Shown: piece after piece, positions 17,882-26,326 of the stretch
Layout of the letters: each line of letters opens with the position of its first letter
How positions within the stretch are numbered: position 1 is the first letter of the stretch
Assembly (NCBI GenBank): GCA_964544395.1
Contig: CAZJAO010000001.1
Span: 41,185-105,184, forward strand
Length of the DNA stretch: 64,000 bases
Direction: 5' to 3'
Source: Candidatus Woesearchaeota archaeon
Lineage (GTDB): Archaea; Nanobdellota; Nanobdellia; Pacearchaeales; GW2011-AR1
Position numbers and translations under genes: made by a program
Notes under the pieces: generated by a model
Told to the model about the DNA's origin: nothing
What the model saw: only the letters and a program-made list of their open reading frames with translations
Databases searched by the model: none

Positions 17882-17988
17882 TTTATCCTCCTTACATTTA
17901 GTTAAGCGTAACAGAATTAGCTGTTTCTTTCCTTACTCCTCGTATTGCTGACATGCTATTGTTATAAAAGATGTGTTTAAAAACTTTT

Positions 17989-18069
17989 AGTTCCAAGATA
18001 GACAGTCCGAAAAGTAAGTAATAACCGAGAAGTGTCCGAATAGTTTTTCGGGCTGTCTAGTTCCAAGAT
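17989..18069. mobile_element. MITE-like miniature element: 11-bp direct repeats flanking 14-15-bp terminal inverted repeats around a ~30-nt core
   Basis: agttccaagat (17989-17999) | agacagtccgaaaag (18000-18014) ...loop... ttttcgggctgtct (18045-18058) | agttccaagat (18059-18069); the TIR/DR junction provides the TAG stop of ORF 18057-18437, while the left DR preserves the ancestral ...W N TAA reading. Confidence 0.55.
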
Positions 18070-18437
18070 GACATTACCTTTTTTGTATAATCTTTGCCCT
18101 TTGCTTTAATGGTAACATTACAAGTATAATATCTTGCAAATGTCTTGCCAGGCTTGTATGCTACTTTTATTGAAACATTCTCTATATCATTTAATTCAAT
18201 CTTTAATCTTTTCATTTCTGAATTAAACCATTTCTTATAACTCTCAATAACCTGTTTAACTTTTTTTGAGGTAAGATTTTCGGGAGTAATTGTTTCGTTC
18301 AATAGATTAATCTCAAATAACTTGGTGTTTTCAACAGGCAGGGATTCTATATAATGTAAAAATTCAACATTAGTTACACTAACAAAACTATCTGCTAAAT
18401 TATTTGCTACACCCAATAATTGACTAAATTTTCCCAT
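18057..18437 (-). CDS. hypothetical protein (3' end overlaps the MITE-like element)
   Basis: 126 aa, ATG start; C-terminal codons SSWN* are encoded by the duplicated 11-mer. Confidence 0.4.
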   Translation of the reverse strand: MGKFSQLLGVANNLADSFVSVTNVEFLHYIESLPVENTKLFEINLLNETITPENLTSKKVKQVIESYKKWFNSEMKRLKIELNDIENVSIKVAYKPGKTFARYYTCNVTIKAKGKDYTKKVMSSWN

Positions 18438-18438
18438 T

Positions 18439-20757
18439 TTATAAAAAAGAGACTTTATCTTCCGCCTCTGCCTCTTTCTTCTTCTGGTATTCTTCCATCC
18501 TTACCTTGTTTGTAGGGCATTGGGGATTAAAGCAGAAAATCCATGGCTTTCTGCCCTTTGAAAGTCTCATTAGCATAGGGAATCCGCATGCCTCACAGAT
18601 TTTCTCGGTTTTTTTGATTAGCCCATTCGGAGGCAGGCTGTAAGTGTTCTTGCATTCAGGATACTTGTTGCATGCGACAAAAGATCTTCGTGTCTTCTTG
18701 GAATATATTATTGCGAGATTTCCCTGTCCGCACTTAGGACATTTGTTCAAAGTATTCAATCTTTTTTGCTCCTCAATCAAATCAAGATTGGCTTCAAGCA
18801 ATTCTCTTCCAATATTATTCTTATTCTTATCAAAATGTACTATAATCTCTGTAATAGCATCTTCTGCTTCACGGATAATCTTGTCTTCTTTTTCCTGAAA
18901 TCCTTTATTCTCTTCCTGCATCCTTTCCATTTCATCTTCAAAATTTCTTGTCAGCTGTTCATCGATAATAATTGGTGAATATCTTTCCATTGTGGAAATC
19001 AACGACAAGCCAAGGGGGGTTGCTTCAATGCTTTTTTCCCTGATGTAACCCCGATCATAAAGAGTTTCCAGGATTGCAGCTCTTGTTGCTTTCGTTCCAA
19101 GATTTCTTTTTTCAAGTTCAGCCACAATTGAAGCAGGCGAATATCTTTTCGGTGGCTGCGTTTCTTTCTCTTCATTTCTTACTTTGGTAATTTCAAACTC
19201 GCCATCTGCATCGGGAATATTTTTTTCATCAATCTTAGCAGGATAAACTTCCATCCAGCCTTTCTTTCTGATAGAAGAGCCTTTTAATGTAAATTTCATT
19301 CCATCGATAACACCTGAAACTGTTTTTCTGTCAATAATTGCATCATCACAGAATAAAGCAACAAATCTTCTTACAATTAAATCATATAACTTCCTTTCTT
19401 CAGCAGATAATGTTGCGTCCATATTTTCACCTGTCGGGAAGATAGAAGGATGTGCTGAATCTGTTTTTTCTCCTTCAACAGGTTTGTCTCTTATAATTAA
19501 TTTCGTCATAGGATATTCTCTTGACAATTTTTTCAAAATCTCTCTATATTCAACAGATTCTGGAAGTTTCTGACTTGATGTTCTTGGATAAGAAATCATT
19601 CCGCCAAGATAAAGCGATTGTGCAATCTGCAGAGTTCTCGCAGGAGTAAAGCCGCAAAGCTTGTAAGCTTCGGTCTGCAAGGCCGTCAGATTAAAAGGAG
19701 GATTTGGGGGAATGCTCTGGCTTGTCTTCTCGGTCTTTAGCAAAATCTTCTTTCCTACAAGATTGTCAAATTTTCCAAGTTCTGCTTTATCAAAAATGTC
19801 TTTGTTATATTGAAGTTCAAAAATCATAGGACGTGTATCTTTGTTCTGGACTGTGATAAATACGTCCCAATACTTTACTGGCTTGAATTCCTGAATTTCT
19901 CTTTCTTTCTCAACAATAATATTAAGTGTCGGTCCTTGAACTCTTCCGATAGACATTATCTTGAATCTCCCCGTTGATTTTATAGCATCCATCAATGCTC
20001 TTGATAAATTAATTCCATAAAGCCAATCAAGATAATGCCTTGTTTCTCCTGCAATCGCCTGTCCCCAATCAAGATGAGGAAGTTTGTTATCATAAGAATT
20101 GTTCAATTCAGCAGAGGTTAATGTTGAAAATTTCATCCTGTTTGCATCTTCCTGCCCGCAAAGATATCTTACAATATTCAATCCAATAACTTCACCTTCC
20201 ACATCATAATCTGTAGCGATGGTCACGCTTCCAGCGCCTTTTACCAGTCTTAAAATAGAATCATAATATCTTTTCGTGAAATCATTTTTCTTGGCTAAAT
20301 AATTTGGAACCCAGTAAATATCAAAAACAGGTGTCCCAGCATTTCTTGTCCTTTGCGTCAGAGTAAACAAATGTCCGACAGCACAGGTTACAATAATTTT
20401 CTTTCCCTTTCTGTCAACTTCATAATAATTAACTCCTCCGATATTTTTCGTTGTAGCTTTTCCTAGGGCGCTTGCAATTTTTGCAGCTGCTTGTGGCTTT
20501 TCAGTTATAACTAATTCATATCCTTCTTTCTTGAGCTTAAATTTGGAAGATTCATATTTAACAGAACCAGATATTTTTTTTCCTGAAACAACTCTCTTCT
20601 TGCCTCTTTTTTTGGATCTCTTTATTTCAACAGTCGGCAAAGGCAATGCCTTAACAGACTTTTTCTCAACAGCATGAGCCAAATCAGTCTCACTTATAGG
20701 AAAATAATTCTCTGCTGTAACCTGTTCACGACTTTTCGTTTTCTTTTTTCTAAGCAT
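18439..20757 (-). CDS. topA: DNA topoisomerase I/III (type IA) with C-terminal zinc ribbons and a basic N-terminal extension
   Basis: Toprim start YELVITEKPQAAAKIA, type IA core motifs, C-terminal Cys4 ribbons (CPKCGQG...CNKYPECKN; CEACGFP...CFNPQCP); the ORF-track start at 20871 is TTG, the first ATG at 20757 (MLRKKKTK...) is used; ~85 basic residues precede Toprim. Confidence 0.85.
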   Translation of the reverse strand: MLRKKKTKSREQVTAENYFPISETDLAHAVEKKSVKALPLPTVEIKRSKKRGKKRVVSGKKISGSVKYESSKFKLKKEGYELVITEKPQAAAKIASALGKATTKNIGGVNYYEVDRKGKKIIVTCAVGHLFTLTQRTRNAGTPVFDIYWVPNYLAKKNDFTKRYYDSILRLVKGAGSVTIATDYDVEGEVIGLNIVRYLCGQEDANRMKFSTLTSAELNNSYDNKLPHLDWGQAIAGETRHYLDWLYGINLSRALMDAIKSTGRFKIMSIGRVQGPTLNIIVEKEREIQEFKPVKYWDVFITVQNKDTRPMIFELQYNKDIFDKAELGKFDNLVGKKILLKTEKTSQSIPPNPPFNLTALQTEAYKLCGFTPARTLQIAQSLYLGGMISYPRTSSQKLPESVEYREILKKLSREYPMTKLIIRDKPVEGEKTDSAHPSIFPTGENMDATLSAEERKLYDLIVRRFVALFCDDAIIDRKTVSGVIDGMKFTLKGSSIRKKGWMEVYPAKIDEKNIPDADGEFEITKVRNEEKETQPPKRYSPASIVAELEKRNLGTKATRAAILETLYDRGYIREKSIEATPLGLSLISTMERYSPIIIDEQLTRNFEDEMERMQEENKGFQEKEDKIIREAEDAITEIIVHFDKNKNNIGRELLEANLDLIEEQKRLNTLNKCPKCGQGNLAIIYSKKTRRSFVACNKYPECKNTYSLPPNGLIKKTEKICEACGFPMLMRLSKGRKPWIFCFNPQCPTNKVRMEEYQKKKEAEAEDKVSFL

Positions 20758-20827
20758 GATTTTAGTATAAAAGAGGCATTTTTTAACTTTGTGATATATT
20801 TTTAATATAAAAAATCTTGAAATAAAG

Positions 20828-21883
20828 ATGGTTAATTTGAAATGGAGAAAAACTAAGTTCTTAGTATCCAAATTGCCTCCAAAATTATCAATCGGGGTTT
20901 ATTCTCTGGGACGCCAAGTATTCTTGTCCGGGATGAAAAGAGAAACTCCAAAAGAAGCTTATGTCCCCCCTCAAAGCCTGAACAGGAAATTATGGGGCAT
21001 TGATTTTAGAACTCCTTTATTTAATGCAGCGGGAGTGTTCAAGGATTTCAGCTGTTATGATTTAGCATTCAAACAGGGCGCAGGAGCTTATTTGGTAGGA
21101 ACAATAACTCCTACGAGTAATGAAGGAAATCAGATTAATAGTATTCACCTGCCATTTGCAATTTATCCAAATTCTCATGCATCTTCAAATTCATTAGGAC
21201 TGCCTAATAAAGGAATAATCAAGATATTGAAAGGAATTTCTGAAATTGAACGGCATGAAGGATTTCCAATTGGAATAAGCTTAACATCAGACTCTTTGGA
21301 AGAATTAGTGTATTCACTGCAATTATGTGAAGGGAGCAGGATTGATTTTGTTGAACTTAATGAAAGCTGCCCAAATAAAAAAAATGCAGGGAATTTGAAG
21401 CAGAGATTGGAATACGTAAAGAAAAAATTCCTAGAAAAAGCAGATTTTCCCGTTATTATCAAGCTTTCAAATGATTTGGATTTTGCTCAAATTCCAGACA
21501 TTATGGATTCGCTCTTTGAACTCGGTTATGATGGAATAAATCTGGGGAATAGTTCAACAGATTATCATGCGATAAGGAATAAAATTCATTTGAAGGATTT
21601 GCCTCTTTATGATTTTTTCACAAAAAATTTCAAGGGAGGAGTAAGCGGTGAACCATTAAAGCATATATCTTTAGAATTGTCAAGCATCGCAGTTCAATAT
21701 GTTAAAGCAGCTTCTCCACGGCAAGAATTTCATGTTACAAGAACAGGAGGAATTCAAACTCGGGAAGATATTTCTGCTTCTGAAGAAGCGGAGATATCAT
21801 TAAACCAAATGGGTGTTGGATATTTTGAGAGTTTAATTGCTCATGGAAATGATTTGTATAAAGATATCTGGGAGAAAGAATAA
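20828..21883 (+). CDS. pyrD: dihydroorotate dehydrogenase-family flavoenzyme (PyrD-like)
   Basis: FRTPLFNAAGVFKD, LGLPNKG, VELNESCPN and TGGIQTREDI match DHODH/DHPD family signatures; 351 aa. Confidence 0.65.
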   Translation: MVNLKWRKTKFLVSKLPPKLSIGVYSLGRQVFLSGMKRETPKEAYVPPQSLNRKLWGIDFRTPLFNAAGVFKDFSCYDLAFKQGAGAYLVGTITPTSNEGNQINSIHLPFAIYPNSHASSNSLGLPNKGIIKILKGISEIERHEGFPIGISLTSDSLEELVYSLQLCEGSRIDFVELNESCPNKKNAGNLKQRLEYVKKKFLEKADFPVIIKLSNDLDFAQIPDIMDSLFELGYDGINLGNSSTDYHAIRNKIHLKDLPLYDFFTKNFKGGVSGEPLKHISLELSSIAVQYVKAASPRQEFHVTRTGGIQTREDISASEEAEISLNQMGVGYFESLIAHGNDLYKDIWEKE

Positions 21884-22390
21884 ATGGCGGATATTTTCCT
21901 GATATTAGTAATAACTTTTCTGGCTATATTTTTTATTTGGATTTCATCGGCTTTATTTGGCGCCCCTTTTCAGCCAAGTTCCGACAAGGAATTAAAAGAA
22001 ATAATGGAACTCGCAAACGTAAAGAAAGGACAGAAGACTGCAGATTTAGGTTCTGGAAACGGAAAAATTGTAATTGAATTTGCAAAGCACGGCGCATATG
22101 CCCATGGTTTCGAGATAAATCCTCTTCTCGTCTTACTTTCCCAAAAAAGGATAAAAAAACTTGGTCTGCAAAATAATGCTACGATTCATTGGAAAAATTT
22201 CATGAAACAGAATTTTTCAGATTTTGATATTATAACTTCTTTCCAGATAAGTTATATTATGCCGGATTTAGAAGAAAAGTTAATGCGGGAATTAAAATCC
22301 AGTTCTAGAGTTGTATCAAATACCTGGAAATTTCCGAAGTGGAAACCGAAAAGAAAAATGGGGCATGTTTATTTGTATAAGAAAGACTAA
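21884..22390 (+). CDS. small class I SAM-dependent methyltransferase with an N-terminal TM anchor
   Basis: motif I ADLGSGNGKIVIEFA and motif II-like FEINPLLV; N-terminal hydrophobic helix; start overlaps the pyrD stop (TAAATG). Confidence 0.65.
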   Translation: MADIFLILVITFLAIFFIWISSALFGAPFQPSSDKELKEIMELANVKKGQKTADLGSGNGKIVIEFAKHGAYAHGFEINPLLVLLSQKRIKKLGLQNNATIHWKNFMKQNFSDFDIITSFQISYIMPDLEEKLMRELKSSSRVVSNTWKFPKWKPKRKMGHVYLYKKD

Positions 22391-22426
22391 AGAAATCTTT
22401 ATATATCCCCTTAAATTAATTGATAT

Positions 22427-22837
22427 ATGACTGAAGTTCCAACATTAGTTAAAGTTCTTGCGGTCTTGGATTATATTGGCTCAGGATTTACAATTCTTGC
22501 AGGATTTGTGTTTCTCTTTGGAGGTGCTTTTTTCAGTTCGATAATCTCTTCTTTGCTTCCAGGCTTCGAAGGTTTTGTAAGTATCGGCGTTATTGTTTTA
22601 GGGGTATTCTTTATTGCATTTGGAGTTTTAGGAATTTTTGTTGGAAGAGGATTATGGAGAGGAAAGAATTGGGCAAGAATTTTAACTATCATCTTATCAG
22701 CAATTGGAATAGCTTTATCTCTGATATCTCTCGTTGGAGGCAATTTCAGCAATATTATTAATTTAGTAATAGGGACAGCAATATTTGGATATCTTACATT
22801 TAGCAATAAAGTAAGAGAAGCTTTCAGAAAAATTTAA
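22427..22837 (+). CDS. hypothetical polytopic membrane protein
   Basis: four predicted TM helices, 136 aa. Confidence 0.4.
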   Translation: MTEVPTLVKVLAVLDYIGSGFTILAGFVFLFGGAFFSSIISSLLPGFEGFVSIGVIVLGVFFIAFGVLGIFVGRGLWRGKNWARILTIILSAIGIALSLISLVGGNFSNIINLVIGTAIFGYLTFSNKVREAFRKI

Positions 22838-23448
22838 ATCTCGAAAATTTTCTCTTTCTCAGAAACATTAATCACTCTTGTTTTTCCCATTTGCTCTTCT
22901 ATTCCTCCAGCTTCGTGAATATGGGCATTAATCAAAATGTCCGGCTGAAAATACTTCACTGCTTTTCTTATCGCCCTTGAACCGGGAAAACCGGAAAATT
23001 CGGACTTGCTTCCTTCAGGGTGCATATGTGTAACCATTATCTTTTTCTTCAAACCCTTGATTCTTTCATAGCCCTTTTTTAGCAGATAAAATAAATCGGA
23101 ATCACTTACAATATGCTCACCCACATCAGCTCCGCCCGCACCAAAAATTCCTAAATTATCTTTTATAAAAGAATATCCATGAATATTCTCTGCATTATTA
23201 TACATTTCTGCAAGAAAATCAATCGTCGCAATCGATTCGTGATTTCCAGGAATTAGCAGAACTTGTTTCTTGGCTTTTGCAAAGGGACCAATAACACCAT
23301 TTACATTATTCTCAGAAAGAACAATATCACCTGCAAGTATAACCAAGTCCACATTTTCTTTAACCGCCTTATCAGCCAGCCTTTTGACTAATCGCGTATC
23401 TCCGTGAATGTCCCCAACAGCAAGAATTTTAGATTTTTTATCAGCCAT
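22834..23448 (-). CDS. calcineurin-like metallophosphoesterase
   Basis: LAVGDIHGD, LVILAGDI, IPGNHES and HMHPEG metallophosphatase motifs. Confidence 0.85.
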   Translation of the reverse strand: MADKKSKILAVGDIHGDTRLVKRLADKAVKENVDLVILAGDIVLSENNVNGVIGPFAKAKKQVLLIPGNHESIATIDFLAEMYNNAENIHGYSFIKDNLGIFGAGGADVGEHIVSDSDLFYLLKKGYERIKGLKKKIMVTHMHPEGSKSEFSGFPGSRAIRKAVKYFQPDILINAHIHEAGGIEEQMGKTRVINVSEKEKIFEI

Positions 23449-23478
23449 AAAAATAAAGAAGATTTCAGTTTAATAAAA

Positions 23479-25818
23479 TTATCTGCTCATTCTCTTTCTT
23501 GCAGTTCTAACAAGAGTTGTAGAAACAATAATTACTCCGGAAATTATCATGATAAACAAGAAGTAATATGTTACTGTACCAATGCTAAGCTGAAGATCTC
23601 CAGGAAGCCCATTAAAGAATCCTTCAATGCCATTTAATACTCCTTGGAAGAAATTTGCAGCTTCCTTGGACGTTGTTATACATCTTCCTTCGCCACATCC
23701 AAGCTGGCAATGCTGCGATAAAATCCATACATTGCTTGAACAAACTTGTGAGTCATTCAAAAGACATCGTGTGTTTCCATTATTGCATTCAATAAGCCTT
23801 GCAAGAATCGTATAATTTGAAAATCCTGGAGAGATTGCAGTAAAGTAATAAAATTGGGAATCCTGCGAAGTCAAATTAGTGGGAAGTGCGGTCCAAGTTC
23901 CACCCGCGTTTCTATACAAGGAGATATTTATTGGGTCGAGATTATTTGCAGACATCCATGAATTATTTACTTGGAAATTAATTGCAACATTAGAAATTTG
24001 AGAATCATTCACACCAGTAGTCAAAATCTGGAAAGATTGATAGATATGATTGCTCGCTGCAATCTGAAGCTGAACAGGGGGGATTTGTGAAACAGTAACT
24101 ATTGCATTTGAAACCGGCTGATTAGTTGTTATCTGCAATTGTGTGAGCCCAATTGTAGCGGAATTGATGTTCATTGTTATTGGAACACCCGCAGTTGTTG
24201 AAAATAAAGTCGTGCTCGTTGACCCGTTATTTGTGATAATAGCTCCTCCTCCACCCCCGCTTCCTTCGCCGCCGGATGAACCACCATTATTTGATGAACC
24301 ATTTCCGTTTGATGACGAATAAGTAAAAGTAATACTTGCAGAACTTTGACTTCCAACGCTATTATTTGCATAAACAATCCAGGTATTAATTCCTGCTGCG
24401 GGAGTAATAGTAAAACTTGAACATGTTGGGTCCGGCGTTGAATTTGTTATGCCTCCATTCATGCTATACCAACAGGAAGCTAGGGCAACATCTGATGCAG
24501 AATAAATTAATTGTGGCGCAATGCTATAAGACGAATTTGTTGGAGAGGAGATTGAAACAGTTGGAGCAGCATTGTCTATAGTAATTGTATAATTAGTTGA
24601 ATTAAAGGCATAATTTCCCGCGGAATCAACCCCCAAAACATTCCATGTATAAACTCCATTTCCGGGAAAAGTATAAGTCCAACTTGTTGAATTTGAAGTT
24701 CCTAAAAGAGTAGTTAGGTTATAAGAATTAAATGGTGGAATTAAAGATAAGCCCCCATCAAATGCCATTGCAAGGACATTACCAAATGCAGTTCCATTAT
24801 AAAAAATAAATGTCCCATTTGGGAGAATTTTTTGAACATTTCCGCCTTCATTAGCAGCCCACATGTTTACACCGTCAAATGCAATTCCGAAAGGATAATA
24901 GCCAATAGGACCTCCAGTATAATTTGTCATTGTACCATTAGGAGATACTTTTGTTATATTACCCGGAGCAACACCATTTCCCGCATTAGAAGTCCACATA
25001 TTTGTTCCATCAAAAGCTATTTTATAATTTGAAGTTCCGGTTCCGAGGTATGTTGTCATGGTTCCATTGGGTGCAACTTTTGTAACACTATTACATCCAT
25101 AATTCGTAGTCCACATGTTTACACCGTCAAATGCAATTCCGACAGGATTGCATCCTGTTCCTGAATAAGTAGTCATTCCCCCTGTTGAATTTACTTTAGT
25201 AACACTACTGCCTCCAGTATTAGCCACCCACATGTTTACACCGTCAAATGCAATTCCGCTCGGAGCAGAACCTGTTCCTGAATAAGTAGTCATTCCCCCT
25301 GTTGAATTTACTTTAGTAACACTATTACCACCATTATTAGCGGTCCACATGTTTACACCGTCAAATGCAATATCATCGGGACCACTTCCCGTACTGCTAT
25401 AAGTTACCATGGTTCCATTTGGAAAAACTTTTGTAACACTGTTTCCGCCAGCATTAGCGGTCCACATGTTTACACCGTCAAATACTATTGCACTAGGACT
25501 ATTTCCAGTCGCAGTATAGTTAGCAATAATTGTCCCATTTGGGAGGACTTTTGACACAGCAGCGGTAGTAGTTACAGCCGCCCACATATTTCCCGCTCTG
25601 CCGACATTAATTCTGTCTCCTGTTGAGTCCCAGACAAACAATCTTGCACTTTGAAGAGGAACCGCACTGGATAAACTAACTAAAAGTGTCTGAGTAGGAT
25701 TAGTGGAATAGATATTGCTGGAAGCATTAAGATTTACTATAGGAGCTGCAGATAAAAAATTAAATAATAAAACAAAAAACACTAAAGAAATTACTAATAT
25801 CAACCTCTTTCTATGCAT
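23479..25818 (-). CDS. cell-surface beta-propeller protein (YVTN/NHL-like ~40-aa repeats) with Gly/Ser linker, Cys-rich module and C-terminal TM anchor; heavily N-glycosylation-sequon rich
   Basis: signal peptide; at least 8 repeats of the form VTKVxxNGTMTTYSGTGSxPxGIAFDGVNMWTAN.GGNS; linker SSNGNGSSNNGGSSGGEGSGGGGGA; C-terminal CxxGC-rich segment and TM helix plus RKRMSR tail; dozens of NxS/T sequons. Confidence 0.7.
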   Translation of the reverse strand: MHRKRLILVISLVFFVLLFNFLSAAPIVNLNASSNIYSTNPTQTLLVSLSSAVPLQSARLFVWDSTGDRINVGRAGNMWAAVTTTAAVSKVLPNGTIIANYTATGNSPSAIVFDGVNMWTANAGGNSVTKVFPNGTMVTYSSTGSGPDDIAFDGVNMWTANNGGNSVTKVNSTGGMTTYSGTGSAPSGIAFDGVNMWVANTGGSSVTKVNSTGGMTTYSGTGCNPVGIAFDGVNMWTTNYGCNSVTKVAPNGTMTTYLGTGTSNYKIAFDGTNMWTSNAGNGVAPGNITKVSPNGTMTNYTGGPIGYYPFGIAFDGVNMWAANEGGNVQKILPNGTFIFYNGTAFGNVLAMAFDGGLSLIPPFNSYNLTTLLGTSNSTSWTYTFPGNGVYTWNVLGVDSAGNYAFNSTNYTITIDNAAPTVSISSPTNSSYSIAPQLIYSASDVALASCWYSMNGGITNSTPDPTCSSFTITPAAGINTWIVYANNSVGSQSSASITFTYSSSNGNGSSNNGGSSGGEGSGGGGGAIITNNGSTSTTLFSTTAGVPITMNINSATIGLTQLQITTNQPVSNAIVTVSQIPPVQLQIAASNHIYQSFQILTTGVNDSQISNVAINFQVNNSWMSANNLDPINISLYRNAGGTWTALPTNLTSQDSQFYYFTAISPGFSNYTILARLIECNNGNTRCLLNDSQVCSSNVWILSQHCQLGCGEGRCITTSKEAANFFQGVLNGIEGFFNGLPGDLQLSIGTVTYYFLFIMIISGVIIVSTTLVRTARKRMSR
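24740..25560. repeat. intragenic tandem DNA repeats (period ~117-123 bp, at least 6 units) encoding the propeller blades
   Basis: catgtttacaccgtcaaatgcaattcc recurs near 24861, 25111, 25227, 25348 and 25469; adjacent units are near-identical over >40 nt (e.g. tcattccccctgttgaatttactttagtaacact near 25181 and 25301). Confidence 0.8.
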
Positions 25819-25922
25819 AATTTATACAATAAAACCGGATATAAAAATCTTCTTATATCCTCTGGCGAAACATTTAAAAGTAGTTTACCATCTGGATATA
25901 TACATCAAAAAATATACTTAAA

Positions 25923-26189
25923 ATGAAAGACAACTTTGATATCTTTTTTAGAAGAAAGCCGGCTTTGATGCTGGTTTATTTGAAAAAGAACACAAGGATG
26001 AGATATGGCAGTATTCTTGCAAAAGAAGTTGACTGCACTTACAGCCATGCTGTAAAGATTTTGCAAACCTTGGAAAAGCTGGGTTTGGTTCTGTTTGAGA
26101 AAAAGGGGCGAGTTAAGCTGATAAAGCTTACAAAGAAAGGAAAAGAAGTAGCAGATCACATTGAACTTATACAAGATCTTGTAAAGTAA
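25923..26189 (+). CDS. small winged-helix transcriptional regulator
   Basis: 88 aa; ...YGSILAKEVDCTYSHAVKILQTLEKLGLVLFEKKGRVKLIKLTKKGKEV fits a wHTH (recognition helix plus wing) pattern of ArsR/TrmB/MarR-like regulators. Confidence 0.55.
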   Translation: MKDNFDIFFRRKPALMLVYLKKNTRMRYGSILAKEVDCTYSHAVKILQTLEKLGLVLFEKKGRVKLIKLTKKGKEVADHIELIQDLVK

Positions 26190-26326
26190 ACCTCGCCTTG
26201 TAAATACTTGAAACTCAAATATGAGATTGCCAGTTATAACAACTCGTTTTCTCAAAAAAATTCTATATTACTTGGAAAGTAGAACAAAAGTTTATTATAA
26301 TCCCATTAATCCATCAAATATCCAAA

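Noticed and set aside
20758-20871. ORF-track N-terminal extension of the topoisomerase (MDTKNLVFLHF...)
   Set aside because: It starts at TTG, is hydrophobic nonsense, and overlaps the divergent pyrD start. The first ATG at 20757 gives a sensible basic N-terminus.
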